The notes under the pieces are model-generated. The model saw only the letters and a program-made list of their open reading frames with translations. It was not told where the DNA came from and ran no database searches. The translations under genes were made by a program, and so were the position numbers. A stretch of 64,000 nt of DNA from Candidatus Heimdallarchaeum aukensis (GTDB lineage Archaea; Asgardarchaeota; Heimdallarchaeia; Heimdallarchaeales; Heimdallarchaeaceae): the NCBI GenBank assembly GCA_021513695.1, contig CP084166.1, forward strand, positions 2,048,001 to 2,112,000, in the 5' to 3' direction. Of the stretch, positions 27,968-37,455 are shown piece after piece (positions within the stretch are counted from its first letter, which is position 1; every line of letters starts with the position of its first letter).

Positions 27968-28936
27968 TCACTCAAATACCTTTTTCACAGGTTCAAAGAT
28001 TTTTGCTAATTCGGTAGCAATAACTTTCTTTAAATCTAGAGGATGAAGATTTCCCTCAACAAAGGTTTTTTCTAATTCTTCATAATTATTGAAAGAAATA
28101 TCTCCGCCAAATTTTTCGGGTCTTTCAACAGTTAATGATTTAATGTTCGGAAAAATAATCAATTTTGCAATCTGAAGAACAGGATTGTCTTCAACGATTT
28201 TAGCAGGACAATATGCCTTCTTAAGTTTGCGTTGAATATCCTCCTTGGAATCTATGACAGATATCATCGATTCTGGGATTGAAGAAGACATCTTTGATCC
28301 TGGGCCCATGAGGGAAGAAATAAGAGGAGTGTGAATACATACGGGAGGTTTTAACTTTAATTCACTAGGGAAAACTTCTCTAGCTAACATGTGAATCTTT
28401 CTTTGCTCCATTCCTCCTTGTGCAGCGTCAAGATCAAGATATTTAATATCTAATACTTGCATAAGTGGATAAATCATCTGAGATACGGTAGCATTTTCAA
28501 TATCTCGAGCAATTTCTTGCATAGATCGTAAACCACGGTTAATAGTTACACGCAAAGCTAGACGGTGTAAGTCTTGAATGTATTCCTTGTCATATTGAAA
28601 CTCGCTACCAAGAACGATTTCAGGATTTTTAAGGCCTAAGGCACGCATAGCTTTTTCCCAGAGAACGCAATTTTCACTTATTTCCTCTTCAGTACCTTTT
28701 TTGTTCAAAAGTGCATGAACGTCAGCTAGTAAAATCTTAATATGAAAACCGGCACTTTCAAGATCTTTTAACTTCATTACAGTAACTGCATGACCAAGAT
28801 GAACAGGACCACTAGGTTCGTAGCCAGTATAAATGTTAGGTGAATCTTTAGTCTCTAAAAGCTCTTTTAATTCCTGTTCAGTAACAATTTCAGTAGTATT
28901 ATACTTAATAAGATCAATTTTTTTTGCAGTGTCCAT
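27968..28936 (-). CDS. tyrS: tyrosyl-tRNA synthetase (archaeal type)
   Basis: Class I motifs YTGYEPSGPVHLGH (HIGH) and KMSSS (KMSKS). About 320 aa, typical of archaeal TyrRS. Confidence 0.88.
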   Translation of the reverse strand: MDTAKKIDLIKYNTTEIVTEQELKELLETKDSPNIYTGYEPSGPVHLGHAVTVMKLKDLESAGFHIKILLADVHALLNKKGTEEEISENCVLWEKAMRALGLKNPEIVLGSEFQYDKEYIQDLHRLALRVTINRGLRSMQEIARDIENATVSQMIYPLMQVLDIKYLDLDAAQGGMEQRKIHMLAREVFPSELKLKPPVCIHTPLISSLMGPGSKMSSSIPESMISVIDSKEDIQRKLKKAYCPAKIVEDNPVLQIAKLIIFPNIKSLTVERPEKFGGDISFNNYEELEKTFVEGNLHPLDLKKVIATELAKIFEPVKKVFE

Positions 28937-29279
28937 TTAAATCAACAGTTAAAGTGGGTTAAAAACCATTTTACTAAAAATAATAAATACTTGTTGTTTC
29001 TGAGGAGAAAAAGGAAGAGAATTAGAACGAATAGTTCAATAAACTATTTTGATTTACAAATTAGCATCCTGTTTATTCACTTGGACATTAATAACTTTTC
29101 ATTTAATTGATAGTAAACTGGGCGTAGTTAAATATTGATTAGCTTAATTTTTGTAAGACAACTTTGCTCTCAAGGATAGTTAGAAAAAAACCATCTAAAG
29201 AAGAAAAAAAGAATAAAAGCTATTTTTATCTGAAAAAGATTTTTAACAGAAAAAATCAGTATACTACATAGGTGATTAA

Positions 29280-29513
29280 ATGGCAACAGCTTTTATATTA
29301 ATAAATAGTGAAATAGGAGAAGAAAAATCTGTTCTCGAACAACTGCTAGGGATGCCAAATGTGAAAGAAGCTCATGTAGTTTATGGTGTATATGACCTAA
29401 TAGCTAAAATTGAATCGGAAACAATGGATTCTTTAAAAAAGATTGTAACTGATAACTTAAGAGTATTAGAAAATGTTCGCTCAACAATGACTATGATTTG
29501 TGTAGAAAAATAA
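29280..29513 (+). CDS. stand-alone Lrp/AsnC ligand-binding (RAM) domain protein
   Basis: 77 aa. AFILINSEIGEEKSVLEQLLGMPNVKEAHVVYGVYDLIAKIE fits the beta-alpha-beta-beta-alpha-beta RAM pattern. Confidence 0.75.
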   Translation: MATAFILINSEIGEEKSVLEQLLGMPNVKEAHVVYGVYDLIAKIESETMDSLKKIVTDNLRVLENVRSTMTMICVEK

Positions 29514-29617
29514 CTAAGATAACAATAATTAGTTAATAAATAACAAAAAAAAAAGAAATTTGTCTCTTTTTTTCCTTTTTTCTTTTTCCCCATCTACTAC
29601 TTTTTGAAATAATTTTT

Positions 29618-30325
29618 TTATAGGTTGACATTTTGTTCTTCTTCAAAGTTATAAAGTGAAGCTAAAACGTGAGAAATAACAGAAAAAAGCTCTAATCCAT
29701 GAGGATAAATTGATAATCGATAATCAACAAATTTAGAGTCAATATTAAGGTGTCCATGGGAAAATCCACCAAAAATGAGCAGAGGATTTGAACAACGAGA
29801 AGAAAGAAGATAAGCATATTCACGAGAAGGTAAGACATCTCCCTTTTGAGAAAATTCAACAATAAGGTCATGTTTTTCACGAGCAGAAATTAAGAATTGA
29901 GTTAAAGATTGAGGATGAAGAGTGAGTAAAGGCTCATCAGAAAGAGGAGGAACACGGCCTTCCTTGAAAAGTTGAATCATAAGCCCCTTAAAACGATCTA
30001 AATTTTTAGGAAGACGAATAGAAGGATGGAATTCTATGATTAGATCATTAATGGTATGAATAAAGACACGAAGACGGCGATCTTGAGAAAGAAGAGAACC
30101 AAAACAGGCAAGAAGAGCTAAATGTGGAATATCAGGACGACCACGCTTGGATAAATTAGGTAAATTAGACATAAAACGAGAATGATAATTGGAATCAAGA
30201 ATAATATCACTAGGTTTTTTCTTTATCTTGCGAAAAAAGTTACGGACGGGTAAATTGGATAAAAGCTCTGAAGGAAAAGTTTCCAGAGAAGAATCAGCAA
30301 CAAGGATGGTATAAACATGGGGCAT
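29618..30325 (-). CDS. nep1: rRNA small-subunit pseudouridine methyltransferase Nep1/Emg1
   Basis: ILDSNYH, RGRPDIPHLALL, IRLPKNLDRFKGLM and IFGGFSHG blocks match the Nep1 family. Confidence 0.88.
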   Translation of the reverse strand: MPHVYTILVADSSLETFPSELLSNLPVRNFFRKIKKKPSDIILDSNYHSRFMSNLPNLSKRGRPDIPHLALLACFGSLLSQDRRLRVFIHTINDLIIEFHPSIRLPKNLDRFKGLMIQLFKEGRVPPLSDEPLLTLHPQSLTQFLISAREKHDLIVEFSQKGDVLPSREYAYLLSSRCSNPLLIFGGFSHGHLNIDSKFVDYRLSIYPHGLELFSVISHVLASLYNFEEEQNVNL

Positions 30326-30469
30326 AATTTGGCATGCGCAACAAACGTAATTAATTTTTCTGATACGAGGATAAATTGGAAGGAAAAGAAGAAGGGAAAA
30401 AAGAAGAAAAAAATAAGCGAAAAAACAACTTTTTAATGGGAAAAAAAAACAGTAATTAGGAATATAAAC

Positions 30470-31516
30470 ATGCCAAGTATTGTAAAATATGAAAATGGAA
30501 TAAGAGTGATAGATACAGAAAGAAAAACTAGTCTAATAGCTGATCCAACAACAATAGCAACAGCAAAAAAGAATACAGCAGCAATAATAACACATGCACA
30601 TACAGATCACGCAATAGCCTTCCCAAATGAAGGAATAAAAGTATACGCAACAAAAATAGCAAGTGAATTGTTTTCAACATTAACAGGAAAAAAAAGCAAA
30701 AATACATTTTTCATGGAATATAATAAAGAAATAAAAATTAAAGAAATGAATATAGAAGCACTGCCAGCAGGACACTTGCTAGGAGCAGCACAAATTCTGT
30801 TTAAAACAGAAAAAAAGAACATACTGTATACAGGAGATATAAGCTTTGGAAAAATGAAAACAGTAAAAGAAGCAAAAGAACCAGAAGAAAAAATAGACAT
30901 ACTGATAACAGAAGCAACATACGGAAAACCAGACCTATACTTCGAACCAAGAGAAACAGTAAAAATGAAAATATTCAACTGGATAGTAGAAAAAATAAAA
31001 GAAAATAACTTGGCAGTAATAAATGTGGGAAATCTGGGGCCCGCACAAGAAATAATAGCTTATCTAAATGAAATGCTAGAAATAGATATCTATTGCAACA
31101 AAAAAACAAGTAGAATAAATGAAGTGTACAAAAAAAACGGAATAAAACTAAAATACAAAGAAATAGAAGAAATAGAAGAAAAAATAGACCCAAAAAATAG
31201 CCTGATACTGTTATCAAGAGGAGAAAAAAAAATACCAGAAAAAATAATAAAAGAAAAAATAAAAGTGAAAAGAGCAATAGTAACAGGACAGGCAGCAAGA
31301 TTTAATTATACAAGTTTCGAAAAAGCTTTTCCGTTCTCGATGCACGCAAATACAAAAGAAATAGAAGAATACGCTAAAAAAATAAAACCAAAGAAAATAT
31401 ATACATTATATGGATTTGAAAGTGAATTGGCAGCTTATCTAAGAAAAAAAATAAATGTGGATGCTAGGCCATTAAAAATAGCAAATGAAAAATTACCAAT
31501 AGAGGAGTTCTTTTAA
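30470..31516 (+). CDS. metallo-beta-lactamase / beta-CASP family nuclease (short form)
   Basis: THAHTDH (motif 2), AGHLLGA (motif 3), YTGD (motif 4), TEATYG, and the C-terminal FSMHAN motif followed by YTLYG. Confidence 0.7.
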   Translation: MPSIVKYENGIRVIDTERKTSLIADPTTIATAKKNTAAIITHAHTDHAIAFPNEGIKVYATKIASELFSTLTGKKSKNTFFMEYNKEIKIKEMNIEALPAGHLLGAAQILFKTEKKNILYTGDISFGKMKTVKEAKEPEEKIDILITEATYGKPDLYFEPRETVKMKIFNWIVEKIKENNLAVINVGNLGPAQEIIAYLNEMLEIDIYCNKKTSRINEVYKKNGIKLKYKEIEEIEEKIDPKNSLILLSRGEKKIPEKIIKEKIKVKRAIVTGQAARFNYTSFEKAFPFSMHANTKEIEEYAKKIKPKKIYTLYGFESELAAYLRKKINVDARPLKIANEKLPIEEFF

Positions 31517-31607
31517 AGAATATAAATCTAAGAAAGGAGAAAAAGAGACCCAAAAAGAAAAATTTAAGAAAGAAAGAGAAAGAGTAAAACGAAAAAAAGT
31601 CAAGACA

Positions 31608-31733
31608 GGGGCATTAGCTCAGCTTGGTTTAGAGCATCCGGCTCATAATTTGCGTCCTAGAAACAGTCTAATTCATTAAGAACGCAAAAGAGCGACCGGA
31701 TGGTCATCGGTTCAAATCCGATATGCCCCACCA
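31608..31733 (+). tRNA. tRNA(CAU), elongator Met or Ile2, with ~49-nt canonical intron, CCA encoded
   Basis: Acceptor GGGGCAT/ATGCCCC, D arm GCTC-AGCTTGGTTTA-GAGC, anticodon stem TCCGG/CCGGA with loop CT-CAT-A then the insert, T arm ATCGG-TTCAAAT-CCGAT, then ACCA. Confidence 0.85.
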
Positions 31734-31896
31734 GCTCTTTTGATATAGTTTATCGTTTTTCTTCAGTGCAAGAAAAAGGCTATTGGAAAATTTTTTTATT
31801 ATATTCTTATTTTCCGTTTTTACACTTTTTCTCTTTCTTTGCTTTAACGATAAATCTATAAATTGTTTTCTTTAATTTATTTATTGTCTAATATAG

Positions 31897-32835
31897 GTGA
31901 TTGAACTGGATGATAAATTTCAGAAAATAGTTGATGATATCCGAGCTCTTCGTATTCAAGGAGCGACCAATATTGCTATTGAGGGCGTTAAGGCTTTCTC
32001 TTCTTTAGCTGAGCGAATAGATTTTTCTTCTCTCCCTGATTATTTTGAACATCTTAAGAAAGCTAGTATTATTTTATCTACTGCTAGAGATACTGAACCT
32101 GCTTTACGTAATGGTTTACACTTTATTCTTTACGAGTTAGAGCATCAAGCTAGTTCTGTTTCTGAGGCTAAGGAACTTGTTTCTTCTCTTTCCCAGAAAT
32201 ACGTTGAGATGTTGAAGGATTCTAAAAGGAAAGTTATCTCTTATGGAGCTCACCGGATTCGTGATAATAGTGTTATTATGACTCATTGTCATTCTTCCTT
32301 GTCTACTGGTATAATTATTGAGGCTCACCGTCAGGGTAAAAACATTGAGGTTTTTCTTACTGAGACTCGTCCTAAGTGGCAGGGTCGTATTACTGCTAAG
32401 GAGATGGTTGATGCTGAGATTCCTACTACTATGGTTGTTGATAGTGCTATGCGTTACGTAATCAACAGACATAATGTTGATATTGTTATTACCGGTGCTG
32501 ATGCAATTACTAGCCAAGGTACTGTTATTAATAAGATTGGTACTCGTCTTTTAGCTTTGGCTGCTAGGGAAATGGATGTTCCTTTTTATACCGCTATCAA
32601 CTTGTTGAAGTATGATGCTTCCACTACTATTGGCAAGTTATCTGCGATTGAATTTCGCCCTTCTTCTGAAGTTTGGGAAGATCCTCCTAAAGGTTTGAAA
32701 ATTCTTAATCCTGCATTTGAGACAGTTTCTCGTGATCTTATTGATGGTGTAATCACTGAAGCTGGTATTTTTGCTCCTTCCTTGGTTTACATGATTATTA
32801 AAGAGCGTTATCCCTTTATGCTCTTAAACGAATGA
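31897..32835 (+). CDS. ribose-1,5-bisphosphate isomerase (eIF-2B alpha/beta/delta-like family)
   Basis: IMTHCHS, TETRPKWQGRITAKEM, ITGADAITSQGTVINKIGT and NPAFE blocks closely resemble the characterised Thermococcus enzyme. GTG start. Confidence 0.85.
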   Translation: MIELDDKFQKIVDDIRALRIQGATNIAIEGVKAFSSLAERIDFSSLPDYFEHLKKASIILSTARDTEPALRNGLHFILYELEHQASSVSEAKELVSSLSQKYVEMLKDSKRKVISYGAHRIRDNSVIMTHCHSSLSTGIIIEAHRQGKNIEVFLTETRPKWQGRITAKEMVDAEIPTTMVVDSAMRYVINRHNVDIVITGADAITSQGTVINKIGTRLLALAAREMDVPFYTAINLLKYDASTTIGKLSAIEFRPSSEVWEDPPKGLKILNPAFETVSRDLIDGVITEAGIFAPSLVYMIIKERYPFMLLNE

Positions 32836-33028
32836 ATTTTATGAGCCAACTTTCTTTTCTTTCTTTTTTCTTTCTTTTTCTTCTATTGATTTTTTGCTTG
32901 ATTTTTTCTCTAATACATTTATAATTTTTTTTAATAACTAGTAAAGAGTTTTTTTAATTTTCATTTTTTCTGATTAATAAATTTGAACAAAACAGACCAT
33001 TTAAAAGTTCATTTGCTATTTTTATTTT

Positions 33029-34276
33029 ATGAATAACGCATATAAAGATTTAGTAGTTGCTCGCTATTACGTTGAGCATAAAAGCGTGGAAAAAGCCGCA
33101 GAAGAAATCTGTGATGAAGAAAGTGTTGGCACTTGGACAGACTTACGTACTACAGAGGGTAAGCCTCACGTTGCTAAACTTAGAGCTGAAGTTTTGGACA
33201 CTAAAGTTTTTTCTGAGAAGGATGGTTATCAAACTGGTGAAGTATTAATTGGCTTTAAAACTGAGACTTTTGACTTAGAAGCTGGTATTACTAGTATCCT
33301 CTCTATGCTTGCCGGAAATCTCTTTGGTCTCGGTGCTTTAAGAAACATACGTTGGTTAGACGTTGAGTTTCCTAGAGTCATTGCTGAAACTTATCCTGGT
33401 CCTAAATTTGGTATCGAAGGTGTAAGAAAGATAATAGGGACTGATAAAGGCGAATTTCCTAATCGGCCACATATCGGAACAATAGTCAAACCCAAAATGG
33501 GCTTAACCGCTCAAGAGTGGGCTGATGTAGCCTATGAAGCAGCTATAGGTGGTGTTGATTTCATCAAAGATGATGAAAATTTGTCTGATCAGTCCTTCTG
33601 CAGGTTAGAAGATCGAGTTGTAAAAGTACTTGAAAAATTAGATCAGGTTAAAGAGGAAACCGGTCGCACTGTTTTACATGCTGTAAATGTTACTGCTAAG
33701 CATGATGTTATGTGGAAAAGAATAGAAATGGCTTTAGATAACGGGGCAAAGTGTTTAATGATTGATGTAATATTAACTGGTTTCCAAGAACTTGCTCAAA
33801 TGGCTGAAGATCCAGCAGTTAATGTTCCCATACATGTTCATAGAACAATGCATGCCGCTTTCACTCGAAACCCACTTCATGGAATTTCTATGCTACCTAT
33901 TGCAAAAATAGTTCGCATGTCTGGTGGAGACCAATTGCATATTGGCTCATATGGACAAGGTAAGATGGACACTGATAAAGAACTAGAATTACAAATAAAA
34001 GATACCCTCACTCATCCAATGTATGAATTTAAGCCCACATTTCCTGTAGCTTCCGGAGGATTACATCCCGGAAAAATACCCAACCTAGTAAAATATGGCG
34101 GAAATAATATCATTATTCAAGCAGGTGGAGGTATACACGGTCATCCTGATGGAACAAGGAAAGGGGCAACAGCAATGAAGCAAGCACTAGAAGCAACATT
34201 AAAAGGTATCCCATTAGACGAGTATGCAAAAGAGCATGAAGAATTAGCCAAAGCTTTAACGAAATGGGGTAAGTAG
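33029..34276 (+). CDS. rbcL: ribulose-bisphosphate carboxylase, form III
   Basis: Active-site blocks TIVKPKMGL, GGVDFIKDDEN, HVHRTMHAAFTRNPLHGIS, SGGLHPG and GGGIHGHPDG are all present. Confidence 0.92.
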   Translation: MNNAYKDLVVARYYVEHKSVEKAAEEICDEESVGTWTDLRTTEGKPHVAKLRAEVLDTKVFSEKDGYQTGEVLIGFKTETFDLEAGITSILSMLAGNLFGLGALRNIRWLDVEFPRVIAETYPGPKFGIEGVRKIIGTDKGEFPNRPHIGTIVKPKMGLTAQEWADVAYEAAIGGVDFIKDDENLSDQSFCRLEDRVVKVLEKLDQVKEETGRTVLHAVNVTAKHDVMWKRIEMALDNGAKCLMIDVILTGFQELAQMAEDPAVNVPIHVHRTMHAAFTRNPLHGISMLPIAKIVRMSGGDQLHIGSYGQGKMDTDKELELQIKDTLTHPMYEFKPTFPVASGGLHPGKIPNLVKYGGNNIIIQAGGGIHGHPDGTRKGATAMKQALEATLKGIPLDEYAKEHEELAKALTKWGK

Positions 34277-34523
34277 TCAATTAATGCAACTTGACTTTTA
34301 CTAATTTTTTCTTTTTTTTCGTTTTTTTCTTGTTTCTTCTTATTGGCTTGAACCTTTTTTTCTAATTAGTTGATTATTGGAATAAATAAAAAGAAAATTT
34401 AAAATTAGTGGCTAATACTTAAAACAGAGGAAAGGAAAATAAACAATCTACTTTACAATACTAATCGAAAAAAGAAATATTTATATTAACAGTATAAACT
34501 TGAGGAACGAGAGAATTGGAGTA

Positions 34524-34757
34524 ATGACAATGAGTAAGACACAAAAACCAATGGACCTGTTGAATAACGCTAGAGAAAAAACAGTGTTGATAAGGCTAAG
34601 AGGAAATAGACGAATGAGAGGAACACTAAAAGCTTACGACGTGCACCTCAACCTAATACTAGAAAATGCAGAAGAAATAGGAGAGGAAGGACTTATACCT
34701 CTAGGAGACATAATACTAAGAGGAGACAATGTGATAATGGTCTCTCCAGTGATATAA
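34524..34757 (+). CDS. Sm-like archaeal protein (LSm)
   Basis: Sm1/Sm2 pattern VLIRLRGNRRMRGTLKAYDVHLNLILENAEE ... ILRGDNVIMV. ATG 34524 is preferred to the track TTG 34500. Confidence 0.88.
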   Translation: MTMSKTQKPMDLLNNAREKTVLIRLRGNRRMRGTLKAYDVHLNLILENAEEIGEEGLIPLGDIILRGDNVIMVSPVI

Positions 34758-34781
34758 TAATAAAGTAGAAAAGGGATAAAA

Positions 34782-34946
34782 ATGACTAAAGGAACACCAT
34801 CATTCGGAAGACATAATAAAGCAGCAACACACATGATCTGCAGAAGATGTGGAAAAAGATCATATCATCGAACAAAAAAAGTTTGTGCATCATGTGGATA
34901 TGGAAGAACAGCAAAAATAAGAAGTTATGCATGGCATAAACACTAA
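34782..34946 (+). CDS. rpl37e: 50S ribosomal protein L37e
   Basis: 54-aa ORF below the track cutoff: [54 protein letters not shown]. It has the C4 zinc ribbon and the conserved GTPSFG start. The LSm-L37e pairing is conserved in archaea. Confidence 0.9.
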   Translation: MTKGTPSFGRHNKAATHMICRRCGKRSYHRTKKVCASCGYGRTAKIRSYAWHKH

Positions 34947-34947
34947 A

Positions 34948-34967
34948 AGGTTAGATTTTACTAACCT
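34948..34967 (+). terminator. hairpin directly after the L37e stop
   Basis: AGGTTAG-atttta-CTAACCT (7-bp stem). A second hairpin, CACAATT-gccata-AATTGTG, lies at 34993-35012. The function is not established. Confidence 0.25.
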
Positions 34968-35024
34968 AAAAAAATTTATAAAAGAAGAAAATCACAATTG
35001 CCATAAATTGTGAAAAAACATTGT

Positions 35025-35135
35025 GGGCTGGTAGTTCAGAGGAAGAACGCTTCCTTGGCATGGAAGAGGCCGGGGGTTCAATTGATTTTTCGTGCGCTGT
35101 GTGCGCCGAATCTGAAAATCCCCCCCAGTCCACCA
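35025..35135 (+). tRNA. tRNA-Ala(GGC) with ~35-nt intron in the T loop, CCA encoded
   Basis: Acceptor GGGCTGG/CCAGTCC includes the G3:U70 alanine identity pair. Anticodon arm CTTCC-TTGGCAT-GGAAG. T arm GGGGG-TTCAA[35 nt]AT-CCCCC, then ACCA. Confidence 0.8.
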
Positions 35136-35287
35136 TTACTTTTTTAGTAATCAGTTATTGGTTTTGATTTGTTTTCTTTTTTTTACTTTAATTTCCATTA
35201 TTGGATTTTCTTTTAACCACAAAGTTTTTTTTATATTAGTTCCTTTTTTATACTTATGGGATTAATATATAATAGAAGGTAGAAATT

Positions 35288-37027
35288 ATGTCTGGTGAAA
35301 GAACAAGTTATGATGGTGATCTCGCTCGTTTAATGTCTGAAGCTCGTGATCTTTTTAAATCTGCCAATTATTCACAGGCAGCTAATAAGTATCTTAAAGC
35401 TGCTGAAGTTCAGCATGAGACCTTAGGATTAGAACAAGCTCGTGATTTATATAATGAGGCTATTCAGAATTTTTTACGTGCTTCTGAGGATTACAAAGAA
35501 AAAAAGCAATACCGTACTAGTGCTCAAAACCTCTACCAAATTGCTCTTATTTATAAAAAATTAAATGATAAAGAAAATTGGTCTGCTGCTATGCGGGCTG
35601 TCATTGATGACCTTTTAGCTGCAGCTCAAGATTATTTACAATTATGGAACGAGTATGAGCGAGCTATTACTTTGGTTTCTGCTTCTTGTTTTCTGTTATT
35701 CTCTTTAGAAGATTTTAGTCTTGCTGAGCAATATTACAATCAATATATTGCTCAAATTCAGAATGATCCAGGTTTTACTGTGGCTCAGCAAGTTCTTTAT
35801 GCAGCTGGGTATGCTATTAAAGCAGTTAAGGATTTAGACGCAAAGGCTCTTCTTAGTGCTCAACAACTTGTTGGGAGTCATCTAAAACCCCATCTTTCTC
35901 AGATGATGGATTCTTCTTTTGTGGATGCTATCGATCGTTCTCTTGACGATGTTGTTCGCATCTTTCGTTCCAAAATCAAACTTCCTAAAATTATCCCCGA
36001 GCTTAATTTCTCTCGTGATCTTGTTTTAAATGAACCCAGTACTCTAAAAGTTGTCTTAGAGAATGAAGGTGAAGGAGACGCTTTTAATATTGATTTTCAA
36101 CTTTATATTCCTGATGAGGTTGAAATTTTAGATGGACAGAAACAATTTATCGTCCCTGAATTATCTTCTGGACAAAAACATGAGCATTCTCTTACTTTTC
36201 GTTGTATGTCAGCTACTGGGGAAGTTACTCATGAGGTTAGTGGTAAGGTAACCTTCTATGACCAACTTCAAACCAAGCAAACAATGATGATTGGACCTTA
36301 TGATCTTATCTTTCGTGAAGTTAGTTTGTCAAAAGAACTGGGAGGAAAATTAGCTGATTTTGAAGCAAGGTGTAATAATTATAAAGAATCGTTGAAGAAC
36401 TCTTTAATTCTTCCAGACGAAGTGGTTGAAAAAACTATTTCTTTGATTCGTGATATCATACGTGCCGCAGAAGAAGATATAAGTAAAGAGGAGTTTAAAA
36501 GTGTTGAATCTAGCATATTGAGTATCTCCAAAGCCTTTAATTTCTTTGATGATATAACCTCACCTGATTTTGTACAAAAGATAAAGGAAGAGCGTGATAG
36601 AGAAATCCAAGAGAAAATTGATGCTGCAGTAGAGAAAGTAAAACTTGAACTACAGGAAGAATTTGCAAAAGAGAAGCAAGAGTTGTCTACCCGCCATCAA
36701 GAAGAATTAACCAATCTCGAAAATGAGTTACGTCAGAAGTTTGAGGAAGAGAAGGCTACTATTATTGAACAAACTAAAGCTGAAGTTAGTGAAACACATA
36801 AACAAGAAATAGAAGAACTTATGAATGAATTAAACAGCCAGCATAAGAAGGAGATCGAAGAGCTCAAGTTGGAAGCTGAAGAAGAAAAAAACCGAGCTTT
36901 AGCAGAACTTCGTGCTCAGATGGAAGAAGAGAAAAAGAAAGCGCTTGAAGAACAAGAATCACTTCTTCAAGAAGAGTTTCAGAAACGTCTATCTCAACTT
37001 CAAAATAGTTCAAAAAAGAAAGATTAA
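35288..37027 (+). CDS. hypothetical protein: helical-repeat N-terminus, beta-sandwich-like middle, E/K-rich coiled-coil C-terminus
   Basis: Long ORF with a good start context. The architecture is inferred from sequence character only. Confidence 0.65.
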   Translation: MSGERTSYDGDLARLMSEARDLFKSANYSQAANKYLKAAEVQHETLGLEQARDLYNEAIQNFLRASEDYKEKKQYRTSAQNLYQIALIYKKLNDKENWSAAMRAVIDDLLAAAQDYLQLWNEYERAITLVSASCFLLFSLEDFSLAEQYYNQYIAQIQNDPGFTVAQQVLYAAGYAIKAVKDLDAKALLSAQQLVGSHLKPHLSQMMDSSFVDAIDRSLDDVVRIFRSKIKLPKIIPELNFSRDLVLNEPSTLKVVLENEGEGDAFNIDFQLYIPDEVEILDGQKQFIVPELSSGQKHEHSLTFRCMSATGEVTHEVSGKVTFYDQLQTKQTMMIGPYDLIFREVSLSKELGGKLADFEARCNNYKESLKNSLILPDEVVEKTISLIRDIIRAAEEDISKEEFKSVESSILSISKAFNFFDDITSPDFVQKIKEERDREIQEKIDAAVEKVKLELQEEFAKEKQELSTRHQEELTNLENELRQKFEEEKATIIEQTKAEVSETHKQEIEELMNELNSQHKKEIEELKLEAEEEKNRALAELRAQMEEEKKKALEEQESLLQEEFQKRLSQLQNSSKKKD

Positions 37028-37038
37028 ACCTTTTTATT

Positions 37039-37455
37039 TTAGCTATTACTTTTTTTGTCTATCGTTAATGTTCTTCTTTCAGGGTCAATTGATATTATAT
37101 CTCCCGTGGACACTATTTTTGTGATGTCTCTATTTTCTACTTCAAAGAAAGGGATTTCTGCTAAAATTGCTCCTGCAATAACAATTGTTTCAGCGTGATT
37201 TGTTACTAAAGCTAGAGGACTAACGTTATTTACCTTTAAACTGTATATTACATAAGATCCTACTGTGGAACCCACACTTTCAGGAAAGACAAATATCTTA
37301 TCTTTAATTGATTTTCCGTGTAGTTCGCTTTGTATGTCTGCAATTATACCTTTTTTTCCATCTACTCCTCCAAGAAAAGAAATAGGTTTTTTAGAAACAA
37401 TTGCTTCTCCTCTAACACTACCTGTTACAATTACCTTTACTTCTACTTCTTTCAT
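37039..37455 (-). CDS. aconitase X swivel-domain protein (DUF126), phosphomevalonate dehydratase small subunit
   Basis: GEAIVSKKPISFLGGVD ... HGKSIKDKIFVFPESVGSTVGSYVIYSL is the DUF126 pattern. It overlaps the large-subunit gene by 4 nt. Confidence 0.8.
   Translation of the reverse strand: MKEVEVKVIVTGSVRGEAIVSKKPISFLGGVDGKKGIIADIQSELHGKSIKDKIFVFPESVGSTVGSYVIYSLKVNNVSPLALVTNHAETIVIAGAILAEIPFFEVENRDITKIVSTGDIISIDPERRTLTIDKKSNS

Noticed and set aside
30607-31298. Minus-strand ORFs 30607-30978 and 30975-31298
   Set aside because: They lie antisense to the MBL/beta-CASP gene. The F/L-rich products arise from the homopurine coding strand.
32438-32450. 13-nt match TTGATAGTGCTAT to the operator-like site at 47122-47134
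   Set aside because: It lies inside the conserved VVDSAM coding block of the ribose-1,5-bisphosphate isomerase gene. It lacks the flanking T-run and partner half-sites, so it is most likely coincidence.
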